The notes below the pieces were generated by a model. The model saw only the letters and a list, made by a program, of their open reading frames with translations, was not told where the DNA came from and ran no database searches. 64,000 nt of DNA from positions 32,756 through 96,755 of IMG/VR virus record IMGVR_UViG_3300013383_000004, one strand, 5' to 3'. Of this stretch, positions 10,595 through 18,797 are shown piece by piece. The translations under genes and the position numbers were made by a program. Numbering within the stretch: position 1 is the first letter of the stretch; each line of letters opens with the position of its first letter. Source of the stretch: a virus. Lineage: Duplodnaviria; Caudoviricetes.

Positions 10595-11012
10595 TTACAC
10601 AATAGGTGTACTCTCAATAGATGGAAAGTTCTTCTGTAATACACTCGAAGACACTGACAGAGACCTTAAAGATACAATGGATGTAAGTGAAATTAAAGCT
10701 ATAAAGAAGCCTCATATTACTGCTATTCCAACAGGGACTTATCAAGTGACACTTAATACTGTTAGTCCAAAGTTTGGTTCTAGAAAGTTCTATAAAGAGG
10801 TTTGTAATGGTAAAGTACCTAGGCTTCTTAATGTAAAGGGCTTTGATGGTGTATTGATTCATGCTGGTAATAAGGCAGAAGATACTGATGGGTGTATCCT
10901 AGTAGGGAAGAACAAGGTAGTAGGACAGGTAATAAACAGTCAAGCTACATTTAGAGAATTATATAAACTACTATCAAGTAGTAGAGATAACATAACAATT
11001 AAAATCATGTAA
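10557..11012 (+). CDS. putative endolysin (DUF5675-like, L,D-transpeptidase-like peptidase)
   Basis: Motifs YTIG.L.IDG.FFC.TLED, TAIPTG.Y, GVLIHAGN...DTDGCILVG (HxGN...GC catalytic pattern). Confidence 0.75.
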   Translation: MEIVLNRKWKKPNYTIGVLSIDGKFFCNTLEDTDRDLKDTMDVSEIKAIKKPHITAIPTGTYQVTLNTVSPKFGSRKFYKEVCNGKVPRLLNVKGFDGVLIHAGNKAEDTDGCILVGKNKVVGQVINSQATFRELYKLLSSSRDNITIKIM

Positions 11013-11014
11013 TT

Positions 11015-11125
11015 ATGGCTAAGGCAAAAAGAACATCAAAGAAGAAGTCAAAACCAATGTCTCCTAAGTCTGGTATAGGCGGTGGAACTAAATATGGTTG
11101 TGGTGGAAAAATCAAAAGAAAGTAA
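11015..11125 (+). CDS. 36-aa highly basic peptide (not in ORF track)
   Basis: MAKAKRTSKKKSKPMSPKSGIGGGTKYGCGGKIKRK; starts 2 nt after the endolysin stop. Confidence 0.6.
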   Translation: MAKAKRTSKKKSKPMSPKSGIGGGTKYGCGGKIKRK

Positions 11126-11318
11126 GTATAAACTGCTAATAATAGTTCTAAAGTTTATACCAATGCTTATTGCTCTATGTTATATGTCAAGTACTGTATT
11201 TAACTACTTTGGCTATAACATAGAGCCATTAAGTAACATAGGAGGTATGTCTTTATTAACTTGGCTGTTTATATATCTAGTATCTGTAGTTTTTAATTTC
11301 TGTGCTTATCATAGATAG
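11094..11318 (+). pseudogene. membrane protein, probably 3'-truncated
   Basis: Two TM segments ending abruptly at FCAYHR*; directly abuts a start-less HTH reading frame. Confidence 0.45.
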
Positions 11319-11539
11319 TAGAAGTTATTAAGTTTTATACTGATAAAACACAAAAACTTAGTAAGTATCAAGTTTGTCAGAAGCTTAATATAAGTAGGAC
11401 AACCTTTGACAATTTAGTCAGAGAGGGAGTAATACCAAAAGGTCAGAAGGTAGCAGGATTTAAGGAGTTATTTTGGACTGAGAAAGACCTGAATAAAGTA
11501 GTAAAGAGTAGAAGAAATAACAATAAAAAAGATAATTAG
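11315..11539 (+). pseudogene. 5'-truncated excisionase/AlpA-like HTH protein
   Basis: Open frame IVEVIKFYTD..LSKYQVCQKLNISRTTFDNLVREGVIPKG..GFKELFW; no ATG and an in-frame TAG directly upstream (11312-14). Confidence 0.55.
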
Positions 11540-11590
11540 AATACCTATTAGTACTCCTTTTGTTATATTATAAGTGAATTTATTATATAC

Positions 11591-11621
11591 TTGTTTAGTA
11601 AATTTTTTTTCACTACCTTTG
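11591..11621 (+). promoter_or_regulatory. sigmaA-type promoter for scaffold/MCP operon
   Basis: TTG (11591-93), 20-nt spacer, TACCTTTG (11614-21). Confidence 0.75.
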
Positions 11622-11649
11622 CACAGAAGTTCAATAAAGAAGTAAAAAC

Positions 11650-12792
11650 ATGGAAGGTTTATCATTGGATAATATTATGACTGGGGATGAGGCTGCTGCT
11701 TTGTTTGACCCAGAATCTAATCAAGAAAAAAAGGAGGAAAAACCTCTTGATAATTTTGATGATAGTAAAGAAGAAAAGAAAGAAACTACTGAGGTTGTTG
11801 ACGTAGATAACCTATTTACAGAAAAACCAGAGAGCGTAGGTAGTGAAGAAGATAATAAGGGTAAGGAAGGCACCTCTTCTAAAGAGGATACTTCTCCCAA
11901 CTTCTACTCTTCCATTGCCAAAGCCTTTGTAGAAGATGGTGTCTTCCAAGACCTTAATGATGAGGAACTTTCTAAGGTTACTGATGCCGAGTCTTTTAGA
12001 AACATGATTGAGCAAACTATTCAATCTCAACTTGATGAAAGACAAAAGAGAGTTGATGAGGCTCTTAATGTAGGCATTGAACCTACTCAAGTTCAAAGAT
12101 TTGAGAATAGCATGAAAATACTTAATAATATTACAGAAGATGCTATTGCAGAAGAAGGAGAGAAAGGTGAAAATCTTAGAAAGAATATTATTTATGAGGA
12201 TTATATCCAAAGAGGTTTCAGTAAAGAGAGAGCTATAAAGGCTGTTGAAAGGTCTATAGCTGCTGGAACTGACATAGAAGATGCTAAAGAATCATTGCAA
12301 AGTTGTAAAGAACAAATATCAAAATCTTATAATGATGCAATAAAAGAAGCAAAGGAAGAGAAAGCAAGAGAAGATGAAGAATTAAAAGAACAAGCAGAAG
12401 CTCTGAAGAAATCCATTCTTTCTGATAAAAAACCTTTTGGAGAATTAGATTTAGATAAAAAAACTAGACAGAGAGTTTTTGATGCTATTTCTAAACCAGT
12501 ATTTACTGATCCTAAAACAGGTGAAAGGTATACTGCAATTCAAAAGTTTGAAGCTGATAATCACAATGATTTTATGAAATATGTAGGACTTACTTATGTA
12601 CTTACAGATGGATTTAAATCATTGGATGGCTTGGTTAAAGGCAAGGTTAAGAAAGAGATTGGTAAAGGACTAAGAGAGTTAGAGCATACTTTAAATAACA
12701 CTGCTAGAAACTCAGATGGTACACTTAAATTTACAAGTGGTGTAGGCACAGACCCAGAGTCTGCTTTTAGAAAATTTACACTTGATATTTAA
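11650..12792 (+). CDS. putative capsid scaffolding/assembly protein
   Basis: Acidic, helical 380-aa protein immediately upstream of MCP. Confidence 0.55.
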   Translation: MEGLSLDNIMTGDEAAALFDPESNQEKKEEKPLDNFDDSKEEKKETTEVVDVDNLFTEKPESVGSEEDNKGKEGTSSKEDTSPNFYSSIAKAFVEDGVFQDLNDEELSKVTDAESFRNMIEQTIQSQLDERQKRVDEALNVGIEPTQVQRFENSMKILNNITEDAIAEEGEKGENLRKNIIYEDYIQRGFSKERAIKAVERSIAAGTDIEDAKESLQSCKEQISKSYNDAIKEAKEEKAREDEELKEQAEALKKSILSDKKPFGELDLDKKTRQRVFDAISKPVFTDPKTGERYTAIQKFEADNHNDFMKYVGLTYVLTDGFKSLDGLVKGKVKKEIGKGLRELEHTLNNTARNSDGTLKFTSGVGTDPESAFRKFTLDI

Positions 12793-12817
12793 TTTTTAAT
12801 GTTTAATTTATTTATTT

Positions 12818-15800
12818 ATGGCTGGACAATTAGGTAAGTTTCAGATGGTTGGATTTGATGGTTGGAAAGGTTTGACAAAGATGAATCATTTGTCATCCAT
12901 TTTTCAAATGGCACCTCAGAAAGCCTCAAATCTAATGGTACAATTATTGGCAGCAAAGAGAGGTAAAACACTTGATACATTCCTTTCTCAATTTCCCGTT
13001 AAATCTTAGCGGCTTAATAAAGTAATTTATTAATGATAAGACATTAAATTGCTGGAAGTTCTTTAGAGCTTTTCTGCTAGTAAGTTATTTTTTAACATGG
13101 GCAAATATTATACAATTAAAGAGTATAAAGAGTACTTTACTACAAAGAATGGTAAGAAAGCTTTCATTACAAAAAATAGAGTAATGCTTAAGCGTTATAA
13201 AAAATTAAAGTATAAAAAAACAAATAGACTCTCTGTAGAAGATCAAGAAATAGAAATTCAAAGAGGCTTAAGAAAGATACTGTGGAAGTATTATATAGAA
13301 CATAAAAAGATTAAAACTATTAAGAGAGAAACAGGGTTTTTTTATAGTTATATTTTACAGATAGTTAAAGGCAAAAGATACCCAGAACAAGTTAATAAAT
13401 ATTTATTAGAAATAAAGAAAAGATTAGATAATCAGCAGCCAAACCTTTTATAGGGAGGTTCAACGACTATAATATGTCTATCCTACTTTTAGGATAATGG
13501 TATAGTCTGAACTGTATAGAGATATACAGGTAACATAGTGTAAGGAATTTGAAGATGATAATGAGTACTATTGGGATGTAGTAGGTTCTAGTAAAAAGAA
13601 CATTCCTCTTGTTGAGGCTAGAGATGAAGATGGTAATAAGGTAGAGGCAACATCTAGCCCTGTAGGTGCTGGCACTGCTCCTTTTTATCTTGTTTTTGCA
13701 GAGGATTATTTTGCTGATGGTGAAGTAATCTTTGGTAATCTTAATCAAGTTTATCCTTTTAGAATCCTTGGTAATGCAAGGATGGAGGGGACAAATGCTG
13801 TGTATAAGTGTGAGCTTATGGGTGGTAATACTACAGGATGTCCTGCTGATAGACTTCAAGCAGGTGAAAGATTCTCTGTAGGTTTTGCTCCTGTCGAAAA
13901 AGAATTAAGCCGTAGACAGACCTTGCGGCATATACTAGTAATAGTATATTAAAAATGGGCAAAATCGGTGAAACTCCTTAAATAATAAGGACAATACCGA
14001 GCTAACTTAAAAGTAATAGTTTTAAGTAGTGTAGAGAATAGAATTTGAAAATAAGATAATTGTAAAATGGAAGGGTTCATTTATAAAGTCACCAACAAGG
14101 TGAATGGAAAATCTTATATTGGTCAAACAAGAAATACAGTAGAATTTAGGTGGAGACAACACTATAAGGCCAAAGATAATAAGTATTTTCATAGAGCCAT
14201 ACAAAAATATGGTAAAGAGAACTTTGAAATTATAACATTAGAAAAATGTGAGGTAGGAAAACTTAATGATAGAGAAATCTTTTATATTAATAAATATGAT
14301 ACATTTAATAATGGATATAATTTAACCAAAGGTGGCTCTACTTACACTCCTAATAAAAAATGTCTGAATGGGTATATTGAAGTAGATGATAAATATGAAG
14401 AAATAAAAGGTATGTACTTAGCAGGATATAGTACAGCTAAAATATCATGTTTATACAATGTTGATAGACACTGCATTTCTAATATACTTAAAAGTCTAGG
14501 AGTTAAAGTAAGAAAAAGTGAAAAAATTAATATTAATGCACAAGAGTTTGAAGAACTTGTAAGCAAATATCAAACAGGCTATTCTTTAAAATCTTTAGCT
14601 AAAGAATATGGCTGTACAGATGTTGGTTTAAAAGAATATCTTCAAAAAAGAGGGATTGATATTAAAAAGAAATTTTCAATATTAAAAGATGAACCCAAAC
14701 AAAAAGAACTAATAAATGATTATTTAAAAGGTACTTTAAAGTTAAAAGAAATTCAACAAAAGTATCATTGTGAATATAGAACATTTTTAAAAGTTCTTTC
14801 CAATCATGGTATTAAACAAAGAGGTTGTAGTGGTAATTTTAAATTATCTGACAAAGATAGTTTAGAAATCATTAAACTTTTTAAAGAAGATAAAAAAGTC
14901 ATTGAATTAGCAAAACTTTATAATGTTGATAAATGTACTATATATAATCTTCTAAAAAGGTATCATGTTAATTATTAAAATATAATAATTCCACGAGTGT
15001 CCAAATCCTAATATTAAGTTAAGGGTTAATATTTATTCCGAACTATATGGTAACATATAGAACTATAGGATAAAGAGCCTATAGGATAACATCCGAGAAG
15101 GTCGGAGACATTAGATTTAGTACACCTGTTTCTATGAGAAATGAGTGGACTACAATCAGAATCCAGCATAAAGTTACAGGCTCAATGCTGGGTAAAAAAC
15201 TTGCGGTGGGTATTCCTATACTTGAGGAAACCACTGATGGAAATAAGGTAAGAAAAGTGGCAAACCTTTGGATGCACAATGTTGATTGGACTCTTGAACA
15301 GCAATGGGGTGATTACAAGAACATTGCTATGGCTTGGGGCACATCCAATAGAAATGCTAACGGTAGATTATTTGCCGCCTAATAAAGTAATTTATTAGTG
15401 TAAATTCTTAATATAATTTAAGAAGAAAAATTGGGAAAAAACGGTGAAGTCCATTACCTTTGTATTAAAAAATAATATGGAAATTTGGAAAGATATAGAG
15501 GGATTTAGAGAACTTTATCAAGTTAGTAATTTAGGTAGAATTAGAAGAAAGGATAATCATAAAGTTTTAAAGCCTTTAATTTTAACAAAAGGCTATAAAG
15601 GAGTAAGATTATACTATACAAAGAAAGATGCTGTAACTAAAAAAATACATAGACTTGTAGCTAAATATTTCATTGGAAATCCACTAAATTTACCACAGGT
15701 AAATCATAAAGATGGAAATAAAAATAATAATAAAGCTATAAACTTAGAGTGGTGCAGTAATGAATATAATATGAATCATGCTATTACTAATGATTTAATA

Positions 15801-17739
15801 AAATTAGGAGAGGATAGAACTTCTTCTAAGTGTACAGAAGATTCTTTGCAATATATACAAAAATTAATAGATTGTAAATTTACAATTAAACAACTTAGTA
15901 TAGTCTATTGTATATCAAAGAATAGTATGAAAGATATTATAAGAAATAAATCTTACACTCATTTACATTTGAATATAAAATATAATAATCCTACTGAAAA
16001 AAGATTTAACCATAAAATTATTGATAAAGATTTATATAATAAATTGAATAATTCTCTAAAGGATAATACCGTGCTAAATACACTTATTAAAGAAGGGTAT
16101 ATAAGTGTACAGTGTAACGCATAGTAATTGAAATAATATTACCAAGAGTTCCCAAGTTCCTTTTTAGTAAAAGGAATAAAATATATGCTGAACTATTGAG
16201 ATAATAAATCAATAGAATTAAAGGATAAAAAGCCTTTAAGATAACATACTTGGAATATCTTAATTATGGCAAGTCAGGTGAAGTTATCAGAATGGGCGAT
16301 GGTTTGTTTGCCCAGATGGAAGTAGCTAATACTATGTACTACAATAACTTCTCGCTTAAGCTTCTTGAAGATGCTCTTTATGAGCTGTCAGCAGCTAAAC
16401 TTAATATGAATGAAAGAATCTTTGTTATTAAGACTGGTGAAAGAGGAGCTATTCAGTTCCACAAGGCTATCCTTAATACAGTGTCTGGTTGGACTCAGTT
16501 TGTACTCAATGGGGATGCTCTTAAGGTAGTAGAGAAAACACAGAGTAATCTCCATGTTAACTCTCTTGCTGCTGGCTTCCAATTTGTAGAGTACAGAGCA
16601 CCTAATGGTGTTAGAGTTAAGGTAGAAGTAGACTCATTTTATGATGATCCAGTACAAAATAAGATACAGCACCCACTTGGGGGTCCTGCAAGCTCTTATA
16701 GATATGACATCATGGATATTGGTTCTATGGATCAACCTAATATCTTTAAGTGCCAAATTAAGGGTATGCCTGAAATCAGAGGCTATGAGAGTGGCTTAGC
16801 TGCCTAAGGTCACTTTAAACAAGGTTAATTGCTGGAAACTCTAAAACTTAATACTTCAAACATTTAAATATGGAAGAACAATGGAAAGAAATCCCTTATA
16901 CTAAAGGATACTATATATCAAACTTTGGTAGGGTGAAAATTGAGAAATGCCATAAATATCCAAATGGTGTTATCAAAGATAACAATTCTGGATTTTATGA
17001 GGATAAGGACGGTTACTTTAAATTATCATATAGGATGATTAATGGTAAAAGCACAGCTTCTTTTATACATAGATTAGTAGCTCAAGCTTTTATAGGCAAT
17101 CCAGATAATAAGAAGATTGTTAATCATATAGATAGTAATAGAAAAAATAATAAAGTAACAAACTTAGAATGGTGTACTGATAAAGAAAATGTATATCATG
17201 CCTTTATTAAAGGTAATAGAAAACATTGTTTAGATGTTCCTAAACAATCTAAATTAACACCTTATCAAATATCTCAAATAAATAATCTGAGACAATATTA
17301 TTCTTTAAGAAAGATTGCAGATTTGTATAATATAAGTTATACTTCAATGAAGAATGTAGTAATTAGATTAAAAAGATTAAGTCATGACAATCAGCAGCCA
17401 AGCATCTATGGTGAAAGCTACCACATAGATGAAGGTTCAACGACTATCCCTTATGGGAGTATACTACAAGCTAATGGTAGTGGAAATGCCTTGCCCACTA
17501 AATAGTGGTGAAGATATAGTCTAAACACTAGAGGAAACCTAGTGGAGTTAAACTCAATATAGAAGTTGCGTTCTATATAAAAATGTAATGTTAGGAATCC
17601 TTTCACTGGAGAGGTAAATATCCAGTATATGTCTCATGATGAGGATAGTGCAACAATTCATAAAATGGCAACATTTGGTATTTGTGTATTAGACCCAACG
17701 AGAACAATGTCATTAATTCCTGCTATTTTACAGGGTTAA
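12818..17739 (+). CDS. major capsid protein, spliced from 5 exons (12818-12999, 13541-13913, 15098-15364, 16253-16796, 17591-17739); 504 aa
   Basis: Exons sum to 1515 nt (504 codons + stop) and join as FPV|KEFEDD, ELSR|KVGD, NANG|EYLNYG, ESGF|RNPFTG, ending PTRTMSLIPAILQG*; matches the crAss-type MCP sequence as I recall it. Confidence 0.93.
13000..13540 (+). mobile_element. group I intron 1 in MCP (541 nt)
   Basis: P1 CCGU|UAA-AUC-UUAGCGG with U.G pair; P10 CUUA/UAAG; core AAUUGCUGGAA, AAUCAGCAGCC, GUUCAACGACUA, UAUAGUCU; ends in G13540. Confidence 0.92.
13097..13453 (+). CDS. intron-encoded basic HTH-like protein with no recognisable nuclease motif
   Basis: 118 aa, K-rich; HTH-like segment IKTIKRETGFFYSYILQIVKGKRY; no HNH, GIY-YIG or LAGLIDADG motif seen. 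Confidence 0.6.
   Translation: MGKYYTIKEYKEYFTTKNGKKAFITKNRVMLKRYKKLKYKKTNRLSVEDQEIEIQRGLRKILWKYYIEHKKIKTIKRETGFFYSYILQIVKGKRYPEQVNKYLLEIKKRLDNQQPNLL
13914..15097 (+). mobile_element. group I intron 2 in MCP (1184 nt)
   Basis: P1 GCCGU|A...UGCGGC; P10 GACCUU/AAGGUC; P4 AAUCGGUGAA/AAUACCGAG; P7 GAGAAUA/UAUUCC; ends in G15097. Confidence 0.9.
14067..14978 (+). CDS. GIY-YIG homing endonuclease with repeated HTH domains
   Basis: GFIYKVTNKVNGKSYIGQT, R.RQH, FHRAIQKYG, ERE..YI, GYNLT.GG; four HTH-like repeats in the C-terminal part. Confidence 0.92.
   Translation: MEGFIYKVTNKVNGKSYIGQTRNTVEFRWRQHYKAKDNKYFHRAIQKYGKENFEIITLEKCEVGKLNDREIFYINKYDTFNNGYNLTKGGSTYTPNKKCLNGYIEVDDKYEEIKGMYLAGYSTAKISCLYNVDRHCISNILKSLGVKVRKSEKININAQEFEELVSKYQTGYSLKSLAKEYGCTDVGLKEYLQKRGIDIKKKFSILKDEPKQKELINDYLKGTLKLKEIQQKYHCEYRTFLKVLSNHGIKQRGCSGNFKLSDKDSLEIIKLFKEDKKVIELAKLYNVDKCTIYNLLKRYHVNY
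15431..15462 (+). promoter_or_regulatory. candidate sigmaA-type promoter inside intron 3 driving the HNH gene
   Basis: TTG (15431-33), 21-nt spacer, TACCTTTG (15455-62), ending 14 nt before ATG 15477. Confidence 0.55.
15477..16124 (+). CDS. NUMOD4-HNH homing endonuclease
   Basis: MEIWKDIEG...YQVSNLGRIR (NUMOD4); IHRLVA..F...VNHKDGNKNNN...NLEWC (HNH); likely start ATG 15477. Confidence 0.92.
   Translation: MEIWKDIEGFRELYQVSNLGRIRRKDNHKVLKPLILTKGYKGVRLYYTKKDAVTKKIHRLVAKYFIGNPLNLPQVNHKDGNKNNNKAINLEWCSNEYNMNHAITNDLIKLGEDRTSSKCTEDSLQYIQKLIDCKFTIKQLSIVYCISKNSMKDIIRNKSYTHLHLNIKYNNPTEKRFNHKIIDKDLYNKLNNSLKDNTVLNTLIKEGYISVQCNA
16797..17590 (+). mobile_element. group I intron 4 in MCP (794 nt)
   Basis: P1 AGUGGCU|...GGUCACU; P10 CCUAA/UUAGG; core AAUUGCUGGAA, AAUCAGCAGCC, GGUUCAACGACUA, AAGAUAUAGUCU; ends in G17590. 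Confidence 0.92.
16870..17505 (+). CDS. NUMOD4-HNH homing endonuclease
   Basis: EEQWKEIP...YYISNFGRVK; IHRLVAQAF...VNHIDSNRKNNKVTNLEWCT..EN..HA; C-terminal HTH. Confidence 0.92.
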   Translation: MEEQWKEIPYTKGYYISNFGRVKIEKCHKYPNGVIKDNNSGFYEDKDGYFKLSYRMINGKSTASFIHRLVAQAFIGNPDNKKIVNHIDSNRKNNKVTNLEWCTDKENVYHAFIKGNRKHCLDVPKQSKLTPYQISQINNLRQYYSLRKIADLYNISYTSMKNVVIRLKRLSHDNQQPSIYGESYHIDEGSTTIPYGSILQANGSGNALPTK

Positions 17740-17743
17740 TATA

Positions 17744-17779
17744 AAAGGGGGAGGTATTCTCCTCTCCCTTTCATTTTTT
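17744..17779 (+). terminator. intrinsic terminator after MCP
   Basis: AAAGGGGGAGG-TATTCT-CCTCTCCCTTT hairpin followed by a T-rich tract. Confidence 0.7.
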
Positions 17780-17802
17780 AATTTTATTGGAGAGGTATAA
17801 AG

Positions 17803-18786
17803 ATGGCAACAGAAACTAAAATTATAGTAGATGATACTATGGAAGAGAATATGATTGAAAAACCTATTGAGAAGTCTAAATCCAAGCAAAGAGTTAAAGC
17901 AAAGGAAAAAATAGAAGAACAAGGGCTTATAAACTGTCTTAGAAATGAAAAAGTTATTATAAGACATATCCCAAGACAAAGTAGGATGGTAAGTAATCCA
18001 AAACATATTTTATATGGAGGTATGGCAGAAAATGCTAAAAGAACATTTGTAGTACCAAAACTTTCCTCTGGAAGATATGTTAATGTTCTTACGGATGCTG
18101 AGAAAGACTATCTTGAAGATATTATGGGTCTTGAAGTTAATGCAATGAGTATTTATAATAAGGTCAATAATTTTTGGGATGATAGTAATGAACAGGGTGT
18201 TTCTAAAGTAACATTAACTAAACAAGATAATTTTCTTAATCTTAGTGATCCTGAAGATTATATTAGATATAAAATACTTTTAGCTAATAAAGATTATATC
18301 GCACCTTCAATGAAGGAACTTGAAGATAATCCTAAAGCAACTTATCAATTTGTTATTATTTCTGAGGGAGACGAGACCAGGGCAGCTAAGAAGGGAATGA
18401 CTACTATTATGCAATGTTATACTTTGTATGGTAAACTTGAAGATGACGTAGATGCCCTTAGAGTAATTGTTGAAACTCTTACAGGTGTAACTATTCATCC
18501 TAATACAAAGAAAGATTTCCTTCAAACTAAAGTCAATGAGCTAATTCAGAGTAATAGTAAAATGTTCTTAAAAATAGCTTCTGATCCTCTACTTCAAACT
18601 AAAGTGCTTATTAAAAAGTCTATTGAAGCAGGATTAATTGCTCATAGGGGCAACCAGTATTATATTAAAGAAGGAAATATTCCTATGTGTGATAATGGCG
18701 AGCCTACATTAAATGTAGCTTCTCAATGGCTCAATCAGCCAAAGAATCAAAATATTAAATTTAGTTTAGAAGCTAAACTTAAATAA
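17803..18786 (+). CDS. conserved crAss-like protein downstream of MCP
   Basis: 327-aa ORF in conserved syntenic position; function unknown. Confidence 0.6.
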   Translation: MATETKIIVDDTMEENMIEKPIEKSKSKQRVKAKEKIEEQGLINCLRNEKVIIRHIPRQSRMVSNPKHILYGGMAENAKRTFVVPKLSSGRYVNVLTDAEKDYLEDIMGLEVNAMSIYNKVNNFWDDSNEQGVSKVTLTKQDNFLNLSDPEDYIRYKILLANKDYIAPSMKELEDNPKATYQFVIISEGDETRAAKKGMTTIMQCYTLYGKLEDDVDALRVIVETLTGVTIHPNTKKDFLQTKVNELIQSNSKMFLKIASDPLLQTKVLIKKSIEAGLIAHRGNQYYIKEGNIPMCDNGEPTLNVASQWLNQPKNQNIKFSLEAKLK

Positions 18787-18797
18787 ATAGCTAAGAA

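Larger units (their letters stand above)
15365..16252 (+). mobile_element. group I intron 3 in MCP (888 nt)
   Basis: P1 CGGU|AGA-UUA-UUUGCCG; P10 UAUUU/GAAUA; P4 AACGGUGAA/AAUACCGUG; P7 ACGCAUA/UAUGCU; ends in G16252. Confidence 0.9.

Noticed and set aside
13467-13859. 130-aa minus-strand ORF
   Set aside because: Antisense shadow of MCP exon 2, which lacks its own start codon and so was missed by the ORF track
12818-17739. Stop-codon reassignment (TAG/TGA recoding) as the cause of MCP fragmentation
   Set aside because: All other large genes are intact in the standard code and use TAG/TGA as real stops; the fragments are fully explained by introns with correct P1, P10 and terminal G
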